Shown here one piece after another: positions 1 through 9,400 of a DNA stretch of 64,000 nt. The notes beneath the pieces were generated by a model, which did not search any database, was not told the DNA's origin, and saw nothing but the letters and a program-made list of their open reading frames with translations. The DNA comes from a virus (Duplodnaviria; Caudoviricetes): the IMG/VR virus record IMGVR_UViG_2918987250_000001, positions 53,523 to 117,522 of that record; one strand, written 5' to 3'. The first letter of the stretch is position 1. Every line of letters starts with the position of its first letter. The position numbers were made by a program, and so were the translations under genes.

Positions 1-1898
1 GCGCTGGCAAGCCCGATGTCACCCGACGAGCTGATCCCCGGCGCCGAGATGGCGCCCGTGAAGGCCTGGCCGGCGACGTTCGCCTTGGTGCCGGGGTTGA
101 AGTTGGCCGACGTGTGAATGGTCGCGCCCCCGATGGTCGGGGCGACGTTGAAGTCGTAGCGGTAGCCGTTCTCGGCTGCGATCGTGACGACGCCGGCCGT
201 GCCCCAGCCGATGTAGCCGTGACGCGTGCCGTCCGCGTGACGGAACTCGACATAGCCGGAGCGCTCCGCGTTGCCCTCGTTGAGACGCGACAAGCCGGTG
301 CCGGAGTTCTGCGCCGTGAAGCTGCCGATGGCCGAAACCGCGCCCGTGAAGGCCTGACCGGCGACGTTGGCCTTGGTGTTCGGGTCGAAGTTGCCCCGCG
401 TGAAGACCTCCTGGCCGCGTGCGAAAAACTTGCCCGAGACCGTGGAATATTCCCAGATCGAGCCGGCTAGGCTGTCATAGGTGCCGATGCTGCCCGCGTT
501 GGCATACTGGTAGACGTTGCGGTCGGCCAGGACATAACGCCAAGACTGCCTCTCGGCCACCGAGGCGTCCTGCACGAGAGTCGTGTTGGCGTTGTGCTTC
601 GCGCTCGGGTTGAAGTTCAGGCTCGTCCAGACGCGATACCAGGCACCCCAGACGGCACCCGACTGGTTGCGGACATAGATTTCCGGGGTGCCGGCGTTGA
701 GGCGCGTGGCGCGCTGCTGGACGTAACCGTTGTCGCTCTGGTGCCGCTGGACCTCGATGTAATACCAGCTCGCGTCCGGCGCGTTCACGAGCCCGTTGCC
801 GTCATAGAAGCCGGCCACCTTGACGGTGTCGAGGTCGGTGCCGACCGCGAGGTTCGTCGCGCGGGTGTAGGTGAGCCGGTCCGAGCGCACCATGCCCGTC
901 GCCGTCACGTCGCCCGAGACCGTGCCGCCCGCCTTGTCGAACTTGGTCGAGAGCGCCGCGTTCACGTCCGAGCGCAGGCCATCGAGCGCGCCCTGGAGCC
1001 CGGCCACGTCGCCGATGGCGATGCCGAGCGCCGCCTTCAGGCCGGCAGCCGTGATCGCGCCGGTGAGGCCCGCGACCGAGAGAACGGCGTCGGTCGGCGT
1101 CAGCAGCTCCTTCCAGTTGGCGAGCGTCGTCGCCGGCTCGCGCTGGAGGATGAAGCAGCGGTTGAGGTCCGAACGGATCGCGATGTCGCCGCGCTCGGCG
1201 TCGAGCGCCAGCATTGCGGCCTGGGTCGCGACCGGGAAGGTGTCGGTGATCGCCACAGCCGGGATCGTCGAGGCGTCGAGCTTGCCGTCGGCGCCGAGCA
1301 CCGGGAGCTGGCCTGCGGCGTTGCCGGCGTTGCGGGCCGCGGCCGTGCCGAGCTGCGCCTTCGTGGCGCGCGTGTCGATGTCGGCCTGGAGCGCGCTGCG
1401 GGCGCCGGAGAGGTCGCTCGCCAGCTTGTCGGTCGCGGTCTTCATGTCGGCGCGCACCTGCGCGTCGGCCGCGGCGAAGTCGGTGCGAACAGCGGTGTCC
1501 TTGGCCGCTTCCTCGGTCTTCGTGGCGCGGGTCGCCACATCGGCCGCGAGCGCGTCGATCTGGGTCTTCACCGAGCCATCGAGGCCGCCCAGCGCGTCAG
1601 CCAGCTCGGTCTTGGTCGCGCGCGTGTTCACGTCGTCCTGGAGCTCGGCCAGGCTCTCGGAGACGGAGCCGCCCATCGCGCCCAGCGCGTCCTGGAGCTC
1701 CTGGTGCGCCGTCGCGCCGATGGCATCGAGCGCCGCCTGGAGCTCGTTCACGTCCTCGATCTGGAGGACCGTGCGCAGCCACACGAGGATGTCGCCGACG
1801 CTGATGCGCACGTCGCCGTCGTTCTGGACCGCAGCCCAGAAGTCCTCCGACCCGAGCGCAACGACCGGGTTCTCTTCACTCGCCTTGCGATATGCCAC
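1..1898 (-). CDS. Tail fibre protein, 3' end truncated by window edge; pyocin-knob-like domain and internal repeat
   Basis: Manually translated from GTG at 1898 and open to the edge, so absent from the ORF track. Contains TDLDTVKVAGFYDGNGLVNAP...WGAW and two copies of NF(D/N)PxTKANVAGQAFTGA(V/I)SA. Confidence 0.8.
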   Translation of the reverse strand, partial: MAYRKASEENPVVALGSEDFWAAVQNDGDVRISVGDILVWLRTVLQIEDVNELQAALDAIGATAHQELQDALGAMGGSVSESLAELQDDVNTRATKTELADALGGLDGSVKTQIDALAADVATRATKTEEAAKDTAVRTDFAAADAQVRADMKTATDKLASDLSGARSALQADIDTRATKAQLGTAAARNAGNAAGQLPVLGADGKLDASTIPAVAITDTFPVATQAAMLALDAERGDIAIRSDLNRCFILQREPATTLANWKELLTPTDAVLSVAGLTGAITAAGLKAALGIAIGDVAGLQGALDGLRSDVNAALSTKFDKAGGTVSGDVTATGMVRSDRLTYTRATNLAVGTDLDTVKVAGFYDGNGLVNAPDASWYYIEVQRHQSDNGYVQQRATRLNAGTPEIYVRNQSGAVWGAWYRVWTSLNFNPSAKHNANTTLVQDASVAERQSWRYVLADRNVYQYANAGSIGTYDSLAGSIWEYSTVSGKFFARGQEVFTRGNFDPNTKANVAGQAFTGAVSAIGSFTAQNSGTGLSRLNEGNAERSGYVEFRHADGTRHGYIGWGTAGVVTIAAENGYRYDFNVAPTIGGATIHTSANFNPGTKANVAGQAFTGAISAPGISSSGDIGLAS

Positions 1899-1923
1899 CG
1901 CTCTTGTTCCTTTGTGTCGGGGT

Positions 1924-2796
1924 CTAGTTCACGTCGCGTTCGGTCTGCCGAACGTCGCCGCTCTGGGTCTCGCGGATGTCATCGGACTGGGTGCGCCGGT
2001 AGGTGATCGGCGGCTCCATGGTCGCGCTCACGATGGCGAGGCTCGAGGCCGTGCCGGTGAGCTGCTTGCGGATGCGCTCGTCGCCGGTCATGAGGCCCTG
2101 GCCGCTCGTCGCGGCGACCAGGAGCTTCGCGACGGTGAGTGCCCCGGCCGGTGCGCTCAGAGCGTGCGCAGAGCCCGTGAGCTGCTTTTCGGTGAGCAGG
2201 GTCGCGAGCGTGTGCGCGGACCCGTCTGAGAGCGCTCCCAGCAGCTTCTCGGTGCGCATCGTCGCGACAGCAGCAGCATGCCCGGCAGCGCGCGTCACGA
2301 ACAGCTTCTCGATCAGCGGGTTCGCCGCGACCGATGCGTAGCCATGCACGGTCGGAGCGCCGAGGATCTTCTCGACGGTGAGACGCACGTCGGCCGACGG
2401 GATACCGCGGGCGGTCGCCGTCAGCTCCTTGGCGATGTGAATGGTTGCGGCGCCCTCGGCCTGGCCTGCCGCCCAAGTGCGCAGGTTCTTGCGCACGAGG
2501 AGCTGGCTCGCGACCGTGGACTTGCCCGTCATCACGCCGTCGAAGACGCGCGGGCTCATCTCGGCGTAGACGTGCGCGGAGCCGCGCGCCGTCTCGCCCT
2601 TGAGGATCTTCTCGACCCGCAGGCGCAGGTCGAAGCGAGGGGCGCCACCGGCGCGGCCCTCGAGCATGTCGAAGCGCTTCTCGACGAGAAGGCGCCCCCT
2701 CGCCTCGCAGTAGCCCAGGGCGGCGCCGGACAGCGCAAAGCGACTGCCGTTGAACCGGCGCGCCGCAATTCCCTGGAAGCTGGAGGCGAGCATCAT
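1924..2796 (-). CDS. Virion/tail-fibre-associated protein with repeated (V/T)EKxL-G motifs
   Basis: 290-aa ORF in the late operon next to the fibre gene. Confidence 0.6.
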   Translation of the reverse strand: MMLASSFQGIAARRFNGSRFALSGAALGYCEARGRLLVEKRFDMLEGRAGGAPRFDLRLRVEKILKGETARGSAHVYAEMSPRVFDGVMTGKSTVASQLLVRKNLRTWAAGQAEGAATIHIAKELTATARGIPSADVRLTVEKILGAPTVHGYASVAANPLIEKLFVTRAAGHAAAVATMRTEKLLGALSDGSAHTLATLLTEKQLTGSAHALSAPAGALTVAKLLVAATSGQGLMTGDERIRKQLTGTASSLAIVSATMEPPITYRRTQSDDIRETQSGDVRQTERDVN

Positions 2797-2808
2797 CAGG
2801 CCGAAGGC

Positions 2809-3204
2809 TTAGTCTTCGGTGATCGAGAGGGAGCCGACCGGGAAGCTCACCGGGTTCGTGGTGTTGATGGTCTGCGTGCCACCCGTGAGCGGGCTCGTGT
2901 AGAGCAGGTTGCCGCCGTCCTGCTGCGAGAACAGGGCGAAGTGGGTGACGTTGGTGCCGCCCTTCGAGTTGCCGAAGTCCACGATCGCCGAGTTGGAGAT
3001 CGTCTTGTTGGCGATGGCGCCGAAGGTGGCCTGCACGCGGCCGGCGTCGCGGATCGACTTCGTGACCTCAGTGCCGCCCGAGGCGTCGTCCAGCGGGTCG
3101 CCGTTCCAGAGGGCGACAAAGACGCCGCCGGGCGCGGCCGGGAAGGCGACGCCCTTGACGTAGTTCAGCAGTGCATTTTCGAGAAAGGCGCTCTTGCCGG
3201 CCAT
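2809..3204 (-). CDS. Small conserved tail-fibre-associated virion protein
   Basis: MAGKSAFLENALLNY...ALWNGDP...GGTEVT...THFALFSQQDGGNLLY, a pattern common in siphophage tail modules. Confidence 0.7.
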   Translation of the reverse strand: MAGKSAFLENALLNYVKGVAFPAAPGGVFVALWNGDPLDDASGGTEVTKSIRDAGRVQATFGAIANKTISNSAIVDFGNSKGGTNVTHFALFSQQDGGNLLYTSPLTGGTQTINTTNPVSFPVGSLSITED

Positions 3205-3271
3205 CGAGTTCTCCATTGAGCCGGCGATGGCCGGCGATGCGCAGGGTTGGACTGCGCACCAGGATACTCGC

Positions 3272-3625
3272 TCAGGCGAGATAAGTCAGCACTGACTTAC
3301 CGAAGGGGCGATAAAGAAACCACCACGCGGCCAGGTAGACGAGCACCGAGGCAATCGTGGGCGTGATCCACTGCCAGCGGTTCGAGCCGGACCAGGCGAA
3401 GAAGAGCGCGGTGCCGAGCCAGGCCAGGAAGGGGTTCCAGCCCCGGCGCTTCAGGTCGTGCTCCCGCTGCCCGGCCTCCCGGCCGTAGAAGAAGGCGGAG
3501 ACGATGACGGCGCCGACCAGCGTGCCGTTGAGCTCGAACAGCGGGTAGAGACCGAGTCCGAGGAGCGCGGTGTAGAGGGCCGCGAGCAGAAAGTGGGTGA
3601 TGAGAGGGAACTTCAGAAGAAACAT
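3272..3625 (-). CDS. Multi-TM membrane protein, unknown function
   Basis: 117 aa with about four hydrophobic segments. Confidence 0.65.
   Translation of the reverse strand: MFLLKFPLITHFLLAALYTALLGLGLYPLFELNGTLVGAVIVSAFFYGREAGQREHDLKRRGWNPFLAWLGTALFFAWSGSNRWQWITPTIASVLVYLAAWWFLYRPFGKSVLTYLA
3282..3299. promoter_or_regulatory. 18-bp palindromic operator
   Basis: TAAGTCAGCACTGACTTA. Confidence 0.8.
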
Positions 3626-3653
3626 GGTTTAGCTCCGGGAGTGAAATCCAAGT

Positions 3654-3712
3654 CCATCGCGCTGTATATAGAATATATCTTATAGATATACTTACTACAT
3701 ACAGGCCGATGG
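3654..3712. repeat. AT-rich core (35 nt) flanked by 12-bp inverted repeat, copy 1
   Basis: CCATCGCGCTGT-[AT-rich]-ACAGGCCGATGG, preceded by CCAAGT; inverted relative to copies 2 and 3. Confidence 0.9.
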
Positions 3713-3730
3713 CGTTCTACGTCCGGCTCC

Positions 3731-4048
3731 TCACTGAGGCGTCCGGGCGAAATTTGCGCGCACATCTTCGATCCAGGACACGGCCCGGTCCCCGCACTGG
3801 GTCTTCGCCCGGTCCAGGATCTTGGCCTCCCCGATGATCCGCTTCACGTCGGCGCGGGTGAGCGCCCGGTCGGGGATCTCGGGGAAGGCCCGGTGCAGGC
3901 ATTCGGCGACGCCCTCGGGCGCGGCCGGCAGCGTGACGCGGAAGGTGGGGCCGAACGGATCGACCGCGGCCGGTCCGTTAGAGGTTACGCAGGCGGCGAG
4001 CGTCGTCGCCATCAAGGCACTCGCGAGCGCCATCCTTACCCTGTTCAT
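3731..4048 (-). CDS. o-spanin (Rz1-like lipoprotein)
   Basis: Signal peptide with lipobox LAAC, Pro-rich, overlaps the 3' end of the i-spanin. Confidence 0.8.
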   Translation of the reverse strand: MNRVRMALASALMATTLAACVTSNGPAAVDPFGPTFRVTLPAAPEGVAECLHRAFPEIPDRALTRADVKRIIGEAKILDRAKTQCGDRAVSWIEDVRANFARTPQ

Positions 4049-4418
4049 CGAGCATCCTCTTCAGCTTGGCGTTGTCGGCACGCTCACGCGCGAGGTCGCG
4101 GGTGAGGCGATCGGCCTGGGAGCGGTCGATCTTGTCGGAGCGGGCCTGGCGCTGATCCTCGGCGCTCTGAGCCCGGCTTGCGGCGAGCTCGGTGGCTTCG
4201 CGCGCACCCTGGATGTGCCCGGACCCAAAGGAAGCGCCGGCCACGATGAGCAAGGAGCCGAGCGCGATCAGACCGCGCCTGGCGAAGTTCGGGAGGAAGG
4301 CGAGGCCACCGAAGGCCAGCGCGATGAAGCCGAGCCCGGTGAGCACGGCGAGCATGGCCGGCGGCGAGAACGCCGCCCAGGCGTTGACCAGGCCGGGGAG
4401 ACCGAAGCGATCGAGCAT
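3978..4418 (-). CDS. i-spanin (Rz-like)
   Basis: N-terminal TM segments then coiled coil, directly after the endolysin. Confidence 0.75.
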   Translation of the reverse strand: MLDRFGLPGLVNAWAAFSPPAMLAVLTGLGFIALAFGGLAFLPNFARRGLIALGSLLIVAGASFGSGHIQGAREATELAASRAQSAEDQRQARSDKIDRSQADRLTRDLARERADNAKLKRMLDEQGKDGARECLDGDDARRLRNL

Positions 4419-4921
4419 CACTTCAGGCCCTCGAGGCACTTGGCCCGCTCACGCTCGCGACGCAGCGTCAGGCCGCGGACCGGCTGCATCTTGCCGTTCA
4501 CGCGGGCCTTGTTCCACATCAGGATCGCGTCGCAGGCGCCCTTGTAGTCGCCCGCGTTGTAGCGGCGCACGATGGTGGAGCCGCAGAACCCGCCCGAGCC
4601 GATGTTGTAGGCGGTGCCGGTGAAGGCCACGAGCGTCAGATCGCTCATGGGCTTCTTCACGCACTGCTCGACCTTGCCTGCGAACTCGTCGAGGCGCTTG
4701 AGAAGCAGCTCGTCGCACTGGGCCTTGGTGTAGGTCTGACCCATCTTGGCGTTCTGGGTCTCGCCGTAGCAGTAGGTCGGGACGCCGACGATGTCCTTGT
4801 AGGTCTTCAGGCGAAGGCCCTCGTCCTGCCCGACATCCTTGACGGCCATGGTGCCGGCGACGGTGGCCGCGAGAACGACCGCGCCGAAGAAGCCCCGCTT
4901 CTTGGTGACGAGGCGGCTCAC
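4418..4921 (-). CDS. GH24 lysozyme endolysin, probably SAR type
   Basis: E-x8-D-x5-T triad (DEGLRLKTYKDIVGVPT), AYNIG and GLTLRRERE; weakly hydrophobic N-terminal anchor. Confidence 0.92.
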   Translation of the reverse strand: MSRLVTKKRGFFGAVVLAATVAGTMAVKDVGQDEGLRLKTYKDIVGVPTYCYGETQNAKMGQTYTKAQCDELLLKRLDEFAGKVEQCVKKPMSDLTLVAFTGTAYNIGSGGFCGSTIVRRYNAGDYKGACDAILMWNKARVNGKMQPVRGLTLRRERERAKCLEGLK

Positions 4922-5163
4922 GACTGGGCCTCCTCATCCTTGGCCGGGATGCCGTCCAGCTCGTGCTGCTTCACGAGGCGAACCCACATCGACAGGGCCG
5001 TGAGCACGACGCCGATGACGGCGAAGTGGACGGGGTCGATCGGCGGCTTGCCGGCCAGCGTGTTGAAACCGACCTCGAGGCCGGCGAGCGCGACGCTCAG
5101 CGCATCGATGCGGATCGACCAAGCCCGCTTGAGGATCTTCTTCCAGTCGGGGTGCAGCTTCAT
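4918..5163 (-). CDS. Holin
   Basis: 81 aa, two TMs, WKKILKRAWSIR start, charged C-terminus, directly upstream of the endolysin. Confidence 0.75.
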   Translation of the reverse strand: MKLHPDWKKILKRAWSIRIDALSVALAGLEVGFNTLAGKPPIDPVHFAVIGVVLTALSMWVRLVKQHELDGIPAKDEEAQS

Positions 5164-5178
5164 CGTGTTCTCTCCTGA

Positions 5179-5196
5179 TGAGTCAGCGCTGACTTA
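5179..5196. promoter_or_regulatory. 18-bp palindromic operator
   Basis: TGAGTCAGCGCTGACTTA before the holin. Confidence 0.8.
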
Positions 5197-5544
5197 CTAC
5201 GGCACCCAGAACTTGAAGATGCCGATGGCCGTGGAGACCATTCCGAGGACGCCGCCGATCAGGGCGCCGAGGCCGGCGATGGCCGTCCAGCCGCCGCGGT
5301 AGCGGACGACCAGACCCTTAAGCTCGGCGATCTCGTTCTTGGCCGTGGTGAGTTCGGTCTTGGTCTTCTCGAGTTCGCCCTGCGTGCTGGCGAGCTTGAA
5401 GGAGGTCTCGACGAGCTGGAGCTTCACATCGACAAGCTCGCCGTTGACGGCCTTGATTTCATTGCGCGCCTCGGTGACGGAGGCGACGAGGATTTCCATC
5501 CGGGCGATCAGGCCGGCGAGATGGGCGTTGGGGTCGGCCGGCAT
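5197..5544 (-). CDS. Coiled-coil protein with C-terminal TM (lysis-cassette associated)
   Basis: ORF composition and position. Confidence 0.6.
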   Translation of the reverse strand: MPADPNAHLAGLIARMEILVASVTEARNEIKAVNGELVDVKLQLVETSFKLASTQGELEKTKTELTTAKNEIAELKGLVVRYRGGWTAIAGLGALIGGVLGMVSTAIGIFKFWVP

Positions 5545-5562
5545 GGTTGTCTCCCGAGGAGA

Positions 5563-5580
5563 TAAGTCAGTGATGACTTA
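5563..5580. promoter_or_regulatory. 18-bp palindromic operator
   Basis: TAAGTCAGTGATGACTTA. Confidence 0.8.
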
Positions 5581-5613
5581 TTATTGCACGGGAACCACGA
5601 GCGGCGAAACCCG

Positions 5614-5973
5614 TTACGCGGGCCACGGCACTCCGTGATGTTCGAGGATCTGCTTCATCTCGACATGGCTCTTGGCGCCGTCGATGGCGAGATTGACCCG
5701 CTGGCGCTCGAGTTCGATCGTCAGGGCGAGCGCGTCCGAGGCCTCGACGATGGTCCGCGCCAGCCAGTAGGGCGCCACACCCCGCAGATCGGCCTCGGCG
5801 ACGATGTAGGCCGACTCCTCCTCACGCAGCACCTTGTGCGCCTCGACCAGCTTCAGGGCGTCGGTGCGCGCGAGCGCGCTGTGCCGGGCCGCGTCCTGCT
5901 GGCCGGCGAAGTGCTCGATCGCGCTGGCGCGGGCGGCGAGCTTCAGGGCGTTGAGCGAGCGTCCGAAAATCAT
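5614..5973 (-). CDS. Putative tail-tip/fibre assembly protein
   Basis: Coupled ORF downstream of J. Confidence 0.55.
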   Translation of the reverse strand: MIFGRSLNALKLAARASAIEHFAGQQDAARHSALARTDALKLVEAHKVLREEESAYIVAEADLRGVAPYWLARTIVEASDALALTIELERQRVNLAIDGAKSHVEMKQILEHHGVPWPA

Positions 5974-6407
5974 GCCGTCACCGTGAGCGTGAGCGTTGCG
6001 GGCAGGTAGGGGAAGGGCTCGCAGGTGAGCGTGTAGTCGCCCGGCGAGGTGAACCCGACGACGAGATCCCCGCCCTCGTGCTCGTGGGAGCCGCTCTCAG
6101 GCCCCTCGTAGGTGATCGTGCAAGCCGGGAGCCCCGGAAGGGTCGCTTCGGTCTCCACGGGCACGCTGGCCGGCCCGAAGACCCCGTCGAACACAGGACG
6201 CTTCGTGACGATGGGCTCGCCCGAGCTCGTGTCCACGTAGTCGAGCATGCGGTCGGCGTCGGCGAAGAGGACGGACTGCCCCTTCGGGCAGTTCTCCTCG
6301 CTCGCCTTCCAGCCCTGAATGCCGGTGCCGTGGATCCGACCCTGCGCGTCGTAGAACGCGAAGGGCCGGAGTTCGAGGTAGCCGGGGTGGATGTCGTGCT
6401 TAGTCAT
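5970..6407 (-). CDS. Putative tail-tip accessory/chaperone protein
   Basis: FAFYDAQGRIHGTG motif, directly downstream of J. Confidence 0.6.
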   Translation of the reverse strand: MTKHDIHPGYLELRPFAFYDAQGRIHGTGIQGWKASEENCPKGQSVLFADADRMLDYVDTSSGEPIVTKRPVFDGVFGPASVPVETEATLPGLPACTITYEGPESGSHEHEGGDLVVGFTSPGDYTLTCEPFPYLPATLTLTVTA

Positions 6408-6422
6408 GTCAGCGCTGACTTA
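6405..6422. promoter_or_regulatory. 18-bp palindromic operator
   Basis: CATGTCAGCGCTGACTTA spanning the J stop and next start. Confidence 0.75.
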
Positions 6423-9400
6423 CTTCGTAAGCTCGATAATGGAAAGGTTCATCCCCTCGGCGTAACCGGTCGAGGATTCGATCGTGTAGGAGTGGTAGCC
6501 CGGCCCCGGCTGGTGGACCACCTCGATCGGCGTGGTGCCCCAGTAGTAGTTCAGGAACCGGTCCATCCAGAAGTTCTGGGCGACCGTGGCGATGATCCAA
6601 CGCCGGCTGCCGTCGTTGTCCGGGTTGAAGTAGATGTGCAGGTAGCCGGCGGACCGCGAGCCCCAGTTGGTGTTCGGGTTGTTCTGAGCGATGCCCCGGA
6701 TCTGGAGCTTGGCCTCGTGCGAGCGCACGCCAACGCCGAGCACCTGCGCGCCGCCCGCACCCCAAGAGCCGGCAAGGGCCTGCGAGACCGCGCCGTTCTT
6801 GATGTTCGCCATATCGACTTCGAGGTAGCCGATCTTGGCCGAGGTGATGGCGCCGTTCTCGATCTTGGCGTTGTTGATACTGGCGTCGTCGATCATCGCG
6901 CGGGTGACGCGCAGGTCGCGGATGTAGGCGGCCGCAATCGAGGCGCCGTGCTGATCGACCTGCATGACGTGGTTGCCGTCGGGCGCGCGGATGATGAGGC
7001 CGTGCCGGCCGTCGTCACCCTCGCCCCAGAAGCGGCCGATGTTGCCGATCGACACCATCTCCGTGCCGGACGGTGCGAAGACGCGCATCATCCGGGTCGG
7101 CACGTCGAGCGAGAACCGCGGCGAGCCGATGTAGATCGCGCTGGAAACCGTGATGGTGCCCGCACCGATCTTGTCGGCCGTGACCTGATGGGCGCCGATG
7201 TGCTCAGCCTTGATGGCGCCGGCGGCGATCTTGTCGGCCTGGATGGCGCCGGCCGAGATCTCGTTGGCCGTGATCGTGCCCGTCTGAATGCGCGTGCCAT
7301 CGATGATGGTCGAGCCCTTCAGGACGTTCAGCCCGAGGTAGCCGGAGTAGAACGCCATCGGCACAGCGTCCGGGTGCGCGTAGTCCCGGTTCCAGCCGCC
7401 GTTGCCGTCGTTCGACCAGTCGAGGTAGCCCCGACCCTTGAACCAGGTGACACCGAGCCAGCCGTTCCAGCCGACGGAGCCGGCGGCGATGGCCGTGTGC
7501 TGCTGGTTGCCGTTGTCATCGACCCAGGCGATGTGGCCCGAGGTCCAGGACAGCAGGCTGTCGGACTTGCGCGCCGTGAACTCGATGCCGAGGATCGTGA
7601 GCCCGCGGGCGCCGACCTTCAGCGAGTTGGCGGCGATCGAGTTGGCGGCGATGTAGCCGCCGTTCATCTGCGTGTTGTTGGGGCCGCCCAGCCAGGTCGT
7701 GAGCGAGTTTCCGCCCCCGATCTGGATGCGGTCGGCATAGATCGAGTTCGCGGCGATGTAGTCGCCCGTCAGGGTGTAGAAGGCGATCTGGTTGGCCGTG
7801 ATCGTGTGCGCGGCGATCTTGTCGGCCGTGATGGTGCCGGCGATGACCTTTTCGGCATGCAGCGAGTTGGTCGCGACGATGCCGCCGTCGATCACCGTCG
7901 AGGAGTTCGGGCTCCACGGCGAGAAAGCGCTCTGGTTGGCGTGCGCGTTGCCGAGGTAGAGGCCGGTCCAGAAGGTGTAGGGATCGACGCCACCATTCCA
8001 GGTGGTCCGGCAGATCGGCACCATCGTGACAGCGGTCGCCGGCGCGACGCCGAACACGGCCGAGCGCGGCCAGTTCGAGAGCACGCCGTTGGCGCCATTG
8101 GTCTCGAGCGTGTTGCCCCAGGCGATGCCGACTTCCTGGCCGGCCGCGTTGAGGAACTGGATCGCGACGGTCGCCTGGCAGCGGTGGACCGAGACGTAGG
8201 CCGAGAGCTCGTAGCGCCGGCCCGGCACGCACGGATAGTTGTTGACCCAGTCCGTCTGCGTGCGACGGCGCAGCACGTAGTCCGCGACCGAGCCGAAGCC
8301 CGGCGTGCCCGGACGGTGGACCATCGCCGAGCCCATGCCGGTCGGCGCCCAGTCACCGTTCCGGGAGACCGTCGGGGCGACACCGTCGCTCCACCAGTTC
8401 GCGACCCAGCCGCCGAGATTGTTCGTGAAGTCGGAGCCGAACAGCAGGTTGCCGTTACCGAGGCCCACGCCGATCTTGTCGGCCGTGATGGCGCCGGCCG
8501 CGATCTGCGCCGCCTGGATGGCGCCGGCCATGATCTGAGCGGACGTGATCGAATTGGCGACGATCCGGTCGGCCTGGATCGAGTTCGCGCGGATCTCGTT
8601 GCCGGTGAGCGTGCCGAAGGCGATGTTCTCGGCAGCGATCGTCCGGGCGGCGATCTGGCCCGCGGTGATCGAGTAGGCGACGATATGCCGGGCCTCGATC
8701 GCGCTCGCGCTGACATGGATGGCGCGGATCGCGTTCGCGCCGATCTGGTCGGCCGTGATCGAGTTGGCGATCAGACGGTCGGCGTGAACCGAGCCAGCCT
8801 GGATCTGGGCGGACGTGATCGTGCCGGCGACGATGTGCCAGGCCGCGATCTGGTTGGCGGCGATGTTGGTCGCCGTCAGCGAGTAGGCCGCGACCTCGTA
8901 GGCGGTGATCGCGCCAGCGGCGATGTTGCCGGCCTGGATCGAGCGGAACGCGAGGTTCTCACCCGTGATGGTGCGAGCGGCGATCTCGCCGGCCGTGATC
9001 GTCCCCGCGATCAGGTTCGACGCGGAGATCGTGCGGCCCGCGATGCGGTCGCCCGTGATCGCACCGGCCATGATCTCGCCGGCGGTGATGGTGCCGGCCA
9101 CGAGGTTGGCAGCCGTGATGGACCGGGCCGCGATGTTGGTGCCGGTGATGGTGTTGGCGGCGATGAGGTTGCCCGTCAGCGTGCCGACGGCGATCTGGTC
9201 GGCCGTGATGGCGCGCGCGGCGATCTGCTGAGCGGTGATCGAGTAGGCGATCAGGCGATCGGCATGGACCGAGCCGGCCTGGATCTGCGGCGACGCGATG
9301 GCGCCGTCGGTGATCTGGACGCGGGTGATCTTGCCGGCGAGCTTGCCGACGCCGACGGACGCGATCTGTCCATCGACCACCTGGCCGATGAGCTTCGAGG

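Noticed and set aside
50-395. Tail-fibre internal repeat as a diversity-generating retroelement TR/VR pair
   Set aside because: Both copies are in frame within one gene, differences are not adenine-specific, and no reverse transcriptase is in the window.
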